From contig CAWCMR010000025.1 in NCBI GenBank assembly GCA_963796685.1, positions 768,001 through 832,000 of the forward strand: a DNA stretch of 64,000 nucleotides, read 5' to 3'. The stretch comes from an uncultured delta proteobacterium. Its GTDB lineage: Bacteria; Myxococcota_A; Polyangia; Fen-1088. Below the pieces are notes generated by a model that saw nothing but the letters and a program-made list of their open reading frames with translations, did no database searches and was not told the DNA's origin. A program made the position numbers and the translations under genes. Shown piece by piece: positions 40,853-50,535 of the stretch (positions within the stretch are counted from its first letter, which is position 1; every line of letters begins with the position of its first letter).

Positions 40853-42211
40853 GTGTCTGGTTCCGTGCAGTCCCCTCCGGAGCCCGCAGTCGAAACCAGC
40901 CGCATCCCCGATGCCGACGCCTTGAATTGGCTCTTACGCGTCGCCATCGTCGTAAGCCTATTCTTGCTGGTTTGGAGCACTATCCGCAGCAACGCTCTCT
41001 TGCCGCTCCTTGCCGCCGCCCAGGCCCATCGCTGGGGCGGTCTCGTCGTGCGTCCCAGCGTGCTGTGGGCTCTCTCGGGCACCGTGCTGCTCGTGCTGCG
41101 CACCCTGCTTTGGTTTCGCTACCGAGCCGCTCCGTCGGTCGGTCCGGACGAGGCGCCGTTGCTGTCGGTCGTCATTCCCGCCTACAACGAGGGATCCATG
41201 GTGCAACAAGCCATCGACTCGGTGGCCGAGGCGAGATACCCGCGCGACCGCGTCGAGATCTTCGTCGTCGACGATGGCAGCACCGACGACACCTGGGAGC
41301 ATATCCAGGCGGCGGCTGCCCGGCACCCGGGGGTGGTCACTGCCCTTCGTTTGCCCAAGAACCGCGGCAAGCGGGCCGCCCTGGCCGAGGGCTTCGCCAA
41401 GGCCCGCGGCGAGATCCTGATCACCATCGACTCGGACAGCACCATCGAGCCCAGTGCGCTGCTCGCCATCGTGGGCCCGTTCCGCAACCCGCGCGTGGGT
41501 GCGGTGGCAGGGAAGGTGGCGGTGCTCAATCGCGGGCAGGGGTTGATCCCGCGCATGCTCGCGGTTCGCTTCGTGCTGACCTTCGACCTCTTGCGAGCGG
41601 CGCAGTCGAGCTACGGCACGGTCTACTGTTGCCCGGGGGCCTTCACGGCCTACCGGGCCAGCCTGGTGCGAACGTTTCTCGACAAGTGGACGGGGCAAAC
41701 CTTTCTCGGGGCTCCCTGCACCTTCGGCGAAGACCGGGCGCTGACCAACTATGTTCTCGCCGCCGGCTTCGACACCGTCTATCAACGTAGCGCCGTCGTG
41801 CACACGGTGGTTCCCACGACCTTCCGCCGGATGTGCAAGATGTTCCTGCGCTGGGACCGCAGCTACGTGCGCGAGGAGATCCGCTATGTCGCCATCCTGT
41901 GGCGCAGACCCGCACACGCCCTGGCCATGTCGCTGCTCGAGACGCTGGTGAACAACCTGCGCTATCCGATTGGTTGGGCAAGCCTGGCGCTGCTTGCCGC
42001 CATGGTGCCCTCCCACCCGCTCGTGCTCTTGCGCTTGCTTTCGGCCATCGGCATCTTCGCCGGGTTCAACATGCTCTATTACCTGCACAGCGAGCGCTCG
42101 GTGGACTTCGTCTACGGCATTCTCTACGCCTACCTCTCGTTCTTCGGCCTGTTCTGGATCTTCCCCTATGCCATGGTCACCGTGCGGGCTCGCGGATGGC
42201 TGACCCGCTGA
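40853..42211 (+). CDS. Processive GT2 glycosyltransferase, NodC / hyaluronan synthase-like
   Basis: VIPAYNE, VDDGS, DSD, CCPGAFTAYR, GEDRALTN, MFLRW (QxxRW variant), C-terminal GWLTR; N- and C-terminal TM segments. Confidence 0.88.
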   Translation: MSGSVQSPPEPAVETSRIPDADALNWLLRVAIVVSLFLLVWSTIRSNALLPLLAAAQAHRWGGLVVRPSVLWALSGTVLLVLRTLLWFRYRAAPSVGPDEAPLLSVVIPAYNEGSMVQQAIDSVAEARYPRDRVEIFVVDDGSTDDTWEHIQAAAARHPGVVTALRLPKNRGKRAALAEGFAKARGEILITIDSDSTIEPSALLAIVGPFRNPRVGAVAGKVAVLNRGQGLIPRMLAVRFVLTFDLLRAAQSSYGTVYCCPGAFTAYRASLVRTFLDKWTGQTFLGAPCTFGEDRALTNYVLAAGFDTVYQRSAVVHTVVPTTFRRMCKMFLRWDRSYVREEIRYVAILWRRPAHALAMSLLETLVNNLRYPIGWASLALLAAMVPSHPLVLLRLLSAIGIFAGFNMLYYLHSERSVDFVYGILYAYLSFFGLFWIFPYAMVTVRARGWLTR

Positions 42212-42295
42212 GGGGACCCGGACCGGGTGCGCGCGCCCCCATCGAACGCCAACACGGAGGTGCGGCCAAAGGAGGACCCTGATAGTCTCCGCCCG

Positions 42296-43729
42296 ATGAG
42301 CGACATGGACAAGATCGACAAAGCCGGGTCGGCGCCCAAGGCCGGCGGCCGCGGTGCGCGTTTCGGGGCCGCCATGGACGAGGCGGCGGCGGCGTTGAAC
42401 GCAAGCGTGGAGTTCGACAAACGCCTGCTGCGCGACGATGTGCGCGGCAGCCAGGCCCATGCCCGCATGCTGGCGGCCGTGGGGCTGATCTCGGCCGACG
42501 ACGCCAAGCAAATCGTCGCCGGTCTGGATCGCGTGGCGGGCGAATTCGAGCGGGGCGAGCGCACCATGGATCCCGCGCTGGAAGACGTGCACATGAACGT
42601 CGAGAGCCGACTCATCGAGCTCATCGGCGATGCCGGCCGGCGCCTGCACACGGCGCGCAGCCGCAACGACCAGGTGGCCACCGACATGCGCCTCTTCGCC
42701 CTGTCGTCGGCCAGCGCCATCGTGATCGCCATCGACAAGGCGCGCGTGGCCATCTGCCGGCGCGCGCGCGAGCATGCCGCCACGCTCTTGCCCGGCTATA
42801 CCCACCTGCAGCGCGCCCAGGCCATCACGCTTGGCCATCACCTGCTCGCCTACGCGGAAATGCTCAGCCGCGATCGCGGGCGCTTTCTCGATGCCGCCCG
42901 CCGTGCCTCGGAGTGCCCACTCGGCTCGGGCGCGCTCGCGGCCACGTCGCTGCCCATCGATCGCGAGGCGACCAGCGCGGATCTCGGTTTCGCCGCGCCC
43001 ACGCGCAACAGCCTGGACGCGGTTTCGGATCGCGATTTCTGCGCCGAGCTGGCCTTTGCCTGCGCGCTGCTGGGCGTGCACCTATCGCGCCTGGGAGAGG
43101 AATTGGTGCTGTGGTCGACGACGGAATTCGGATTCGTGCGACTGGGTGAAGGGCATTGCTCGGGCAGCTCGCTCATGCCGCAAAAGCGCAACCCCGACAT
43201 CGCCGAGCTGATGCGCGCGAAACCCGGTCGGCTCATCGGCGATCTGGTCGCGCTGCTCACCGTGAGCAAAGGCCTGGCCCTGGCCTACAACAAGGATTTG
43301 CAAGAAACCCAGGAGCCCTTCTACGATGCCATCGAAACCACGCGGCTCGTGCTGGAGGTCCTGCCTCGCCTCATCGCCGGCCTGGAGTTCCAGCCCGAGC
43401 GCATGAGGGAGGCGGCCAGCGATCCGGCCCTTGGCGCGACCGATCTGGCCGAGCACCTGGTTCGCGAGGATGTCCCCTTTCGCAAGGCGCACGAGATTGT
43501 GGGCAAGCTGGTGCGCCACGCGGAGCAGCTCGGGGTTTCCCTGCGCGACGTGCCCGAGCACGAGCTGCCGCAGATCGCGCCCGAGTTGCACGCCGCCTCC
43601 TTGCAGTCGCTCAGCCCGGCGCGAGCCGTGGCCGGCCGGGCCGTCATCGGCGGACCCGCGCCGGCACAGGTCACGCGTCAAGTGCAACGCCTGACCGCCG
43701 AGCTCAAGGGCCTGGGCTACGAAGTGTAG
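42296..43729 (+). CDS. argH: Argininosuccinate lyase
   Basis: EDVHMNVE, HTARSRNDQ, PGYTHLQRAQ, GSSLMPQKRNPD, YNKDLQE. Confidence 0.97.
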   Translation: MSDMDKIDKAGSAPKAGGRGARFGAAMDEAAAALNASVEFDKRLLRDDVRGSQAHARMLAAVGLISADDAKQIVAGLDRVAGEFERGERTMDPALEDVHMNVESRLIELIGDAGRRLHTARSRNDQVATDMRLFALSSASAIVIAIDKARVAICRRAREHAATLLPGYTHLQRAQAITLGHHLLAYAEMLSRDRGRFLDAARRASECPLGSGALAATSLPIDREATSADLGFAAPTRNSLDAVSDRDFCAELAFACALLGVHLSRLGEELVLWSTTEFGFVRLGEGHCSGSSLMPQKRNPDIAELMRAKPGRLIGDLVALLTVSKGLALAYNKDLQETQEPFYDAIETTRLVLEVLPRLIAGLEFQPERMREAASDPALGATDLAEHLVREDVPFRKAHEIVGKLVRHAEQLGVSLRDVPEHELPQIAPELHAASLQSLSPARAVAGRAVIGGPAPAQVTRQVQRLTAELKGLGYEV

Positions 43730-43762
43730 AGGGTGGTTCATCGTGCCGTGGCCGTCGCGACC

Positions 43763-44281
43763 TTACAAAGGCGGCCCCATGGTTGCGACATGGAACTCTT
43801 CGGCTTTAGCCGACTTGTAGAATTCGGCGACCAGCCGCGTTCGGCCTTCATCGTTCAAATGCGACAGCACCTCGCGAAAGGCGGCGTCCTCCACCTCGGT
43901 CCATTCTCTACGGCCTCTGGCACCTTCCAGAATCTGCCGACCACGCTCCGCCGCAATCTCGGACTCCTCGAAGGTGGTGCCGGTCGCTCTCGCAGCCAAG
44001 CCCGCATCATCCCTCTTGCCGGGAGCCAGCAACGCCATGCCGTCCTTCACGGCACGCTCTACCAGGAGCCCGAGCGCCGCTTGATCCAGAGCTTGCGGTA
44101 CGCACCCTCCGCCGGTAGGACGCTCGCTCGCCAGACCCTCGAGGCGCTGATTGAGCTCGGCAAGTTCTGCTTTCCATTCAGCTGTCTCGCCTTTGCCGGT
44201 TGCTCGCCCCAACCAAAAGGCCACCCCGCACAACCCGGCACACAACAAAAGCACAGGTCCTGTGCCCGATGATTGTCTCAA
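43763..44281 (-). CDS. Hypothetical membrane-anchored protein
   Basis: N-terminal hydrophobic segment then a helical region; 7 bp after the RCC1 gene. Confidence 0.6.
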   Translation of the reverse strand: MRQSSGTGPVLLLCAGLCGVAFWLGRATGKGETAEWKAELAELNQRLEGLASERPTGGGCVPQALDQAALGLLVERAVKDGMALLAPGKRDDAGLAARATGTTFEESEIAAERGRQILEGARGRREWTEVEDAAFREVLSHLNDEGRTRLVAEFYKSAKAEEFHVATMGPPL

Positions 44282-44288
44282 GACTTAC

Positions 44289-46289
44289 TCACAGTGGCTG
44301 TCGGGCGACGATGCCCCAGCACCATTGTCGTCCAAGGCGATCGATCGCGCAGGGGTAGTTTATTCCCGTCCCGATCTGCGTGAACGAGACGCCCGGAGGC
44401 GGCGCCGTCTGGCCGAATTCGCTGCTGCCCCAACAGGTAAGGCTACCGTCGCTTACCCTGAGCGCACAGGCGTAGTTGCCACCCGTGCCCACGGATGAGA
44501 ACGATCCCTCGGGCGGCGTGCTTTGCCCATGGTCGTCGAGCCCCCAGCACACGACGGCGCCGTCGCTCTTCTTGATGGCGCAGGTACTGAACTCGCCCGA
44601 GCTGAGCATGTCCCACGTCTCGCCGGAAGGTGCGCTGCTCTGGCCATATTGGTTGTCGCCGAAACAGGCAATCGTTCCATCCGTCTTGATACCGCAGGTG
44701 TGATTCAGGCCCGCGCTTACCAAGGTGAACAGCGCCCCGGAAGGTACCGCGGTCTGGCCGTACTGGTTGCTGCCGAAGCAGGCAGCCGTTCCATCGCTCC
44801 GGGTGCCGCAGGTGTGCTGGCCGCCCGCGCTGATCGAGGCGAACGGCCCTGCCGGTGGCGAAGCCTGGCCCCGGTCGTTCGCGCCCCAACACGCGATGCT
44901 GCCATCGCCTTGCTGGATGCCGCACGTGTGGCTGCCGCCCACGCCGAGTGCGGCAAACCGGCCGGCAGGCGGCGTGCTCTGGCCATCCCCGTCGGCGCCC
45001 CAGCAGCTGACCGTCCCGTCGCCTGCAAGGACGCAGGCGTGATTGGCTCCCACGCCGACCGAATCGAGGCCACCAGGAACGGGCGGCGAGCTCTGGCCCT
45101 GCAGGTTCTCCCCCCAGCAGACGACCGTTTCTCCAGGAGTAAGGCCACAGGTGTGAATCCCGCCCGCGCTCAACGCGGTGAAGGTCAGCCCTGGCGGTGC
45201 CGAAATCGGAGCCGAGCTTTGTGCGAGCAGGACGGCGGGCCAACAAGTGGCGGTTCCTGCGCTGTCGAGGCCGCAGGTGTGCCCGCCGCCCGAGGTCAGC
45301 GTGGAGAGGACCACACCGGATGCCGGCCAGCTTTGGCTCGTGGCCTTGTCACCCCAGCAGGTTACCGTGCCATCGTTCCGCTCGAGGCCACAAGTGAAAT
45401 AGTTGCCCAAGCTGAGCGAGGCAAAGGCAACCCCCGCAGGTGGCGTGCTCTGGCCGAGGTCGTTGCGTCCCCAACACAAGGCCGTTCCGTCGCTTTGCTT
45501 GATACCGCACGTGTGCCAAGCGCCCGTCGTGATCGACGCGAACGGCACATTCGCAGGTGGCACGCTCTGTTGGTAGTCGTTCTTGCCCCAGCAAACCGCC
45601 GTGGAATCGTCCTGCTTGATACCGCAGGTGTAGCTCTCCCCTGCGCTGACCGAGGCGAACGGCAGATTCGGGAATCCTGTCGACTCGCCATCGCCGTCTT
45701 CTCCCCAGCACGCCAAGGTCGCCCCGCTTTGTTGGATGCCACAGACGTGCGTCGCTCCTGCGCTGATCGACCGAAACACGATCCCGGAGGGTGGGTTGCT
45801 CTGGCCATAGTAGTTGTCACCCCAGCACGCCACCGTTCCATCGGTGCGTATGGCACAAGTATTGAGTGCGCCCGCGCTCAATTGGACGGGGTGACCAAAG
45901 GTCGCCGCGACCGTCTCGTCCGCGTCCATCGCCACCGAACAGGTTCCGGTTCCGCTGCAGGCACCCGACCACCCGGTAAACTTCGAGCCACTCTCGGGAC
46001 GGGCGGTCAGGGTAACCAGGGCATGGCCAGCGAAGCTCGCACGGCATTGGGTTCCGCAGTCGATGCCGGCTGGTTGTGACGTCACGGTGCCCAGGCCGAT
46101 GCCCGTCTTGCTGACCTCGAGGCTGTGAACGTTCGGGCCGCTGTCGGCCGGCGTGAACGTTCCAGCGTCGGCCATGGGCCGCATCGAGGGTGGGACGGTT
46201 TCGCCGAGCGAAGTTCTGAATCCACACGAAGCGGTGAGCATCAGGACCTGCGTCGCCGCAAGCAGTAGTTCGACTCTTGCCAAGTGCAA
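44289..46289 (-). CDS. RCC1-repeat lipoprotein with an InlB B-repeat-like domain
   Basis: Lipobox LTASC; GTVTSQPAGIDCG...FTGWSGAC domain; many HTCGI...CWGxNxxGQS repeats. Confidence 0.88.
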   Translation of the reverse strand: MHLARVELLLAATQVLMLTASCGFRTSLGETVPPSMRPMADAGTFTPADSGPNVHSLEVSKTGIGLGTVTSQPAGIDCGTQCRASFAGHALVTLTARPESGSKFTGWSGACSGTGTCSVAMDADETVAATFGHPVQLSAGALNTCAIRTDGTVACWGDNYYGQSNPPSGIVFRSISAGATHVCGIQQSGATLACWGEDGDGESTGFPNLPFASVSAGESYTCGIKQDDSTAVCWGKNDYQQSVPPANVPFASITTGAWHTCGIKQSDGTALCWGRNDLGQSTPPAGVAFASLSLGNYFTCGLERNDGTVTCWGDKATSQSWPASGVVLSTLTSGGGHTCGLDSAGTATCWPAVLLAQSSAPISAPPGLTFTALSAGGIHTCGLTPGETVVCWGENLQGQSSPPVPGGLDSVGVGANHACVLAGDGTVSCWGADGDGQSTPPAGRFAALGVGGSHTCGIQQGDGSIACWGANDRGQASPPAGPFASISAGGQHTCGTRSDGTAACFGSNQYGQTAVPSGALFTLVSAGLNHTCGIKTDGTIACFGDNQYGQSSAPSGETWDMLSSGEFSTCAIKKSDGAVVCWGLDDHGQSTPPEGSFSSVGTGGNYACALRVSDGSLTCWGSSEFGQTAPPPGVSFTQIGTGINYPCAIDRLGRQWCWGIVARQPL

Positions 46290-46294
46290 TCACC

Positions 46295-47620
46295 TCACGG
46301 GGTTAGCCGCCCAATCTTGTTCCCGGTCGACTCCGCGAACCAGATGTTGTCATCGGGGCCATAGGTGATGCCATAGGGGCCGCTGTTCGGTGTCGGCACG
46401 GTGTACTCGACAGTCGCCCCGGCGGTCGAGCTGCGGCCGATCTTGCTGGCACGCGATTCCGTGAACCAGAGGTTGCCGTCGCGCCCGGCCGCGATACCCA
46501 AGGGACCGCTGTCCGCGGTGGGAATCGGCCATTCGGCGATGGTGCCGGCGATGGTGGCGCGTGCAATCTTGTTTCCGCTTTGTTCCGCGAACCAGAGGTT
46601 GCTGTCCGGTCCCCCTGTGATGGCCATGGGGGCGCTCGTGGCGGTCGGGACGTCATACTCCGTGATGGTTCCTGCGGTGGTCATGCGCGCCAGCTTGTTG
46701 GCGCCGGATTCCGTGAACCAGAGATTCCCATCGGGGCCGGCCGCGATACCTCGGGCCTGGTTGTTCACGGTCGGAACTGTGAATTCCGCGATCGTACCGC
46801 CGGTCGAGATGCGACCGACCTTGCCGGCCGAGTACTCGGTAAACCAAAGGTTGCCGTCGGGCCCAACCGCGATGTCCACCGGCTCGCACGCGCCCTCGGA
46901 TAGCGCGAATTCGGTGATCGTCCCGACCGTCGTGATACGACCGATCTTCCCGATGCCCGATTCGGCGAACCAAAGATTTCCGTCGGGCCCCAAGGTGATG
47001 CCCATGGGTTGGGCAGCGGTGGAAGGGAGGGGAAGCTCGGTGATAACCCCCGAGGGCGTGATGCGGCCGATCTTGCCCCCGCTGTATTCGGTGAACCACA
47101 GGTTGCCATCCGATCCGACCGTGATGCCCACCGGGTAACTGGCCGAGGTCGGAATGGGGAATTCGACAATGCCCTGAGGAGCGCCATCAAGACCTCCGCC
47201 ATCGGGACCGGCATCGAGGCCGGCATCGGGACCCGTGCCGCCCGTGCCGGTGACTCCGCCCGTGCCAGCGCCACCCGTGCTGCGGGTACCTCCGGTGGCG
47301 AAGATTCCCCCACTCCCCGAGGTCCCCCCGGTTGCCACCGAGCCATCGCCGGCATCGTTACCCCCGGAGCCTGAGCTGCCTCCCGTTGCGGGTATGTCTT
47401 CGGCCGCATCCCCGCCGCTCCCCGCGCTGCCGCCACCGCCTGCCAGGACGTCGCCGGGCGCCCCATCGAGAACCGTGGCGCCACCTCCCCCGCCGTAGGC
47501 ATCGAAAGCCTCGATGACCACGGCGTCGAACCTGCTGATCCCGACCAGGGTATGATGCGCATCGCACGCGCAAAATGCGAGCAACGCCGCTGCAAGCAAG
47601 GGAATTCTGAATTGGGCCAT
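46295..47620 (-). CDS. Vgb (virginiamycin B lyase)-like beta-propeller lipoprotein
   Basis: Lipoprotein-like signal, Gly-rich linker, seven PxGIxxGPDGNLWFxE..KIGR repeats. Confidence 0.88.
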   Translation of the reverse strand: MAQFRIPLLAAALLAFCACDAHHTLVGISRFDAVVIEAFDAYGGGGGATVLDGAPGDVLAGGGGSAGSGGDAAEDIPATGGSSGSGGNDAGDGSVATGGTSGSGGIFATGGTRSTGGAGTGGVTGTGGTGPDAGLDAGPDGGGLDGAPQGIVEFPIPTSASYPVGITVGSDGNLWFTEYSGGKIGRITPSGVITELPLPSTAAQPMGITLGPDGNLWFAESGIGKIGRITTVGTITEFALSEGACEPVDIAVGPDGNLWFTEYSAGKVGRISTGGTIAEFTVPTVNNQARGIAAGPDGNLWFTESGANKLARMTTAGTITEYDVPTATSAPMAITGGPDSNLWFAEQSGNKIARATIAGTIAEWPIPTADSGPLGIAAGRDGNLWFTESRASKIGRSSTAGATVEYTVPTPNSGPYGITYGPDDNIWFAESTGNKIGRLTP

Positions 47621-47641
47621 GACGGACTCCTTGGGCTGCTC

Positions 47642-48664
47642 TTAGTGGGCCCGCAGCCCGCCAACCTGCCCGTCTTTTGCACTTTCCACGGTTTCGAGCC
47701 AACGCCGAGCCCACGCGGCGTGCGTTCCATTGGGAAATCGTTCGAGATAGCTCTGCAGATCCCGACTCGCCTCGACTCGCTCCCCCAGCTTGATCTTGCA
47801 CGCGCCTCGGCCGTAAAGCGCTCGTTCCAGCAGGGCCGCATCCGAGCCTCGGGTCAGGACCGCCGTAAAATCCTGCTCGGCGCTCCCGCAATCGGTACGA
47901 GACCGAAGCTCGCCCCGGATGACCTGCAGCTCGGTCGAGCGATGATGCGCGTCCAAGGGCAGGGCCTCGAGCGCGGCCAGGGCATCGCCCGTGCGGTCGA
48001 GCGAGAGCAGGGCATCCACGCGCGCGAAACGAGCCTCGCGGCCAAGCTCGCTGGCGGGAAAGTGCTCGATCCAGGCGTCGAGCGCCAGCAGGGCGGCGGC
48101 CGGATCGTGCTTCAGGCGCAAGAGCCCAAGTGCCCGATCGAGCGCAAGGGTCTCCTCCGAGGCGGCGGTTGGTGCCGGAGCGGGACTGCCGCCGACCACG
48201 GGACGACCGGCAAGGCGAGCCAGGCGGCGCGGGCGCTCGCTCACGGAAGCGGCGGCCATTTCCCTCTCGCCCGGTTCCGCGGCCTCATCGGCCGTGGCGT
48301 CGGGTGCAGCGTGTGCATCGATCGAAGCGAGCGAAGCGAGCGCCCCTTGGGCCGGAGGCGGTGCCGGCTCGACCGCCCCCGCAGTCAAGGAATGACCGAA
48401 CCAGCCGGCCGCGCGCGCCGCCTGATAGGCCTTCACCGTAGCTACGCCCACGAGGAGCGTCATCCCGGCAACCGCCAAGCCGAGCCCGAGCGTGGCGTGG
48501 CACCGGTGCCGCCGGTGCGGGTAGCATGCCTGTTCCATCCGCGCCAGCTGAGGCTCGTCCGGCGCGAGCGAGCCACGAATGAACGCGGCGGCCCGATCCT
48601 CGGGACCGTCTCCAGGTCGGCGATCACGCCAACGCAGAATCGACTCGCATGGGTTCTGCTTCAT
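47642..48664 (-). CDS. Single-TM protein with C-terminal TPR/BamD-like domain (putative anti-sigma factor)
   Basis: Short N-domain, one TM, Pro/Ala linker, HFPASELGREARFARVDAL, RALYGRGAC, YLERFPNG; ATGA overlap with the sigma gene. Confidence 0.7.
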   Translation of the reverse strand: MKQNPCESILRWRDRRPGDGPEDRAAAFIRGSLAPDEPQLARMEQACYPHRRHRCHATLGLGLAVAGMTLLVGVATVKAYQAARAAGWFGHSLTAGAVEPAPPPAQGALASLASIDAHAAPDATADEAAEPGEREMAAASVSERPRRLARLAGRPVVGGSPAPAPTAASEETLALDRALGLLRLKHDPAAALLALDAWIEHFPASELGREARFARVDALLSLDRTGDALAALEALPLDAHHRSTELQVIRGELRSRTDCGSAEQDFTAVLTRGSDAALLERALYGRGACKIKLGERVEASRDLQSYLERFPNGTHAAWARRWLETVESAKDGQVGGLRAH

Positions 48665-49317
48665 GGCCTCTCCTTCGCTTCCCAAGCACGCAGTTGCCGG
48701 ATGAACTTGCGCCTGGCCCGGCTCAGGCGGGTCCACACCGTGCTTACTCGAGTACCCGTGATCTCCGCGATGCGCTCGCCGGAGATGCCTTCCAGCTCGA
48801 ACAAGATGAAGGTGGTGCGATACGCCTCGCCCAGCTCGTCCAAGAGCTGGTACAGAATGCGCGTGCGCTCGCGTGCCTCGAAAAGCACCTGTGGATCGGG
48901 CGGAGACTCGGGCGATGTCCAAAATTCAAGGCGCATCCGCCCGCGGCTCGGATTCTGCCCTCGCCCGGTCACCCAGGACCACCAGCGCGCCTGTTTGCGC
49001 CGGTCCTGTACCACGCGCACGGTGATCTCGTAGAGCCAGGTCGTGATTTCCGCCTCGCCCCGGAATTGGGGCAGCTTGCGCCTCACCACGAGAAATACGT
49101 CCTGGACCACATCCTCGAAATCGCCACCCGGGCCGAGCAGGCGCAGCGCCCAGCGCGCCACGGTCTTGAAGTGCGCCCGATACACGGCCTCGAAGGAAAT
49201 GGTCACCGAGCCCACCTGCGCGCCGGGCAACGATGGCGAGGACACCGCAAGCGGTGCAAGGTGGAGCTCGGAGGCAGCGGGTTCGGGCACAACATCCTGT
49301 CTGTGGCCCGAGCCCAT
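48661..49317 (-). CDS. ECF RNA polymerase sigma factor
   Basis: Region 2 EDVVQDVFL, TWLYEIT; region 4 FELEGISGERIAEITG..TVWTRLSRAR. Confidence 0.92.
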   Translation of the reverse strand: MGSGHRQDVVPEPAASELHLAPLAVSSPSLPGAQVGSVTISFEAVYRAHFKTVARWALRLLGPGGDFEDVVQDVFLVVRRKLPQFRGEAEITTWLYEITVRVVQDRRKQARWWSWVTGRGQNPSRGRMRLEFWTSPESPPDPQVLFEARERTRILYQLLDELGEAYRTTFILFELEGISGERIAEITGTRVSTVWTRLSRARRKFIRQLRAWEAKERP

Positions 49318-49324
49318 GGCAACC

Positions 49325-50207
49325 TTACCGGGCGGCCTGGATTCGGCCCCATGCCAAGCCGATGCTGGCGAGCCCTTCCAGCCGTTGGATCTCTTGCTCG
49401 CGCGTCGCGGGCGAGCCGTACACGACCTCGCTGCGCGTCCAATACAGAGCGCCGAGGTCGAGCCAGGCAGCAAACCGGTCGGTCACCCAGCCGGACAAGC
49501 GAATTCCCGCAGTCACAGCCGGCCAGAAGCTGAGGCTCGACCGGTTCTCGGAAAAGCCCGCCCCTCTGACCGCAAGCCACCCGAGCGCCAGACCGCCGTG
49601 CAGGTCGAGGAGCGCTCGGCCAGGTTGCCAGCGCCAGTCGATTCTCGGGACCGCCGAACCAGCGTCGCCAGCGAGCCTGACCCACGCCGAGGTCGAGGGT
49701 GCGCACGCCCTCGCCCGCCACGAACAGTCGCAGGCCTGGACCCGCGCCGCGCGGGAGCCAAAGAGCGGCGATGGTCCCAGCAACGGCGGGCGTGCCGGCT
49801 TGCGAGACGGCGGCGCCGAGGGCGAGGTCCCAGGAGGCTGCAGGAGGTGGAGCCGCCAGTGGAGGAATGACGATGGGCTCGGCATGGGGCCGCGCGAACT
49901 CGGGATGCACATCGCTCGTCCAGCTCGCGATCACGACGGCCACCAACTCCACCAGCTCGGCGCACGAGCCCGCTCCGTCGAGCACGCGCTCGGCAATGAC
50001 GGCCCCCTTGTCATTGGTCAATTCGATGCGCACCTTCTTGCCCACATGTTCCACCTTCGCCAGGTCTTGCCCGACCGTACCGGGCGACGCCGGCAGGATG
50101 CTTGCCAGCGCCTGCTCCACCTGCGCGCCCGAGGGACAGCTTTCGCTCTCGACCCGTACGGGCAGCGCCGCGAGGAAAAGCGCAAGGGCGAAGCCGGCGG
50201 CAGTCAC
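49325..50207 (-). CDS. Secreted protein with small Cys-pair N-domain and putative outer-membrane beta-barrel (frameshift near 49645)
   Basis: Signal peptide; SCPS...GSCAE domain; amphipathic strands (WDLALGAAV, LLDLHGGLALGW, AAWLDLGALYW, LASIGLAW) joined across a +1 base at 'cccgagaatcgac'. Confidence 0.65.
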
Positions 50208-50535
50208 GCAAAGCTCACTCGGCAAGCGGTCTCTTCGCAGCTGAGCAAGCGAAGCTCGCCCTCGAAAAGCTCAATCAGCTTCTCGCTGCTCTCGACAACC
50301 GAGCAGATCTCGGGAGGGCTCGCTGCGCACATGGCGCCGATAGGCGGGGGCTAGTGTACAGCATTCGAGGGGATTGTGGTCAGCACGCCCTCCCTGGGCG
50401 ACAGGGCCGGCCGCGGCATCATGAAGGTGGCGAGCTGCAGCACCTGACCGCCGAGCCCGAGGGCCTAGACCACGAGGTTCAGCCGACCGTTCGATGCGCT
50501 TTGATTTCACGGGGCCGAGTGGTATTGGGTCACGC

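Noticed and set aside
40958-43081. Long antisense or alternative-frame ORFs (this 707-aa one, 28980-30770, 33636-35261 and many others)
   Set aside because: Shadow ORFs of well-supported genes in high-GC DNA; Arg/Gly/Pro-rich with no motifs.
46295-47620. Streptogramin resistance gene (vgb)
   Set aside because: The repeat matches only the propeller fold. The lipoprotein signal and operon context argue against a cytoplasmic antibiotic lyase, and catalytic residues could not be confirmed.
50226-50535. Possible gene remnant or RNA between the ECF operon and GH8
   Set aside because: A short helical-looking peptide can be read on the plus strand, but there is no start/RBS, motif or convincing structure.
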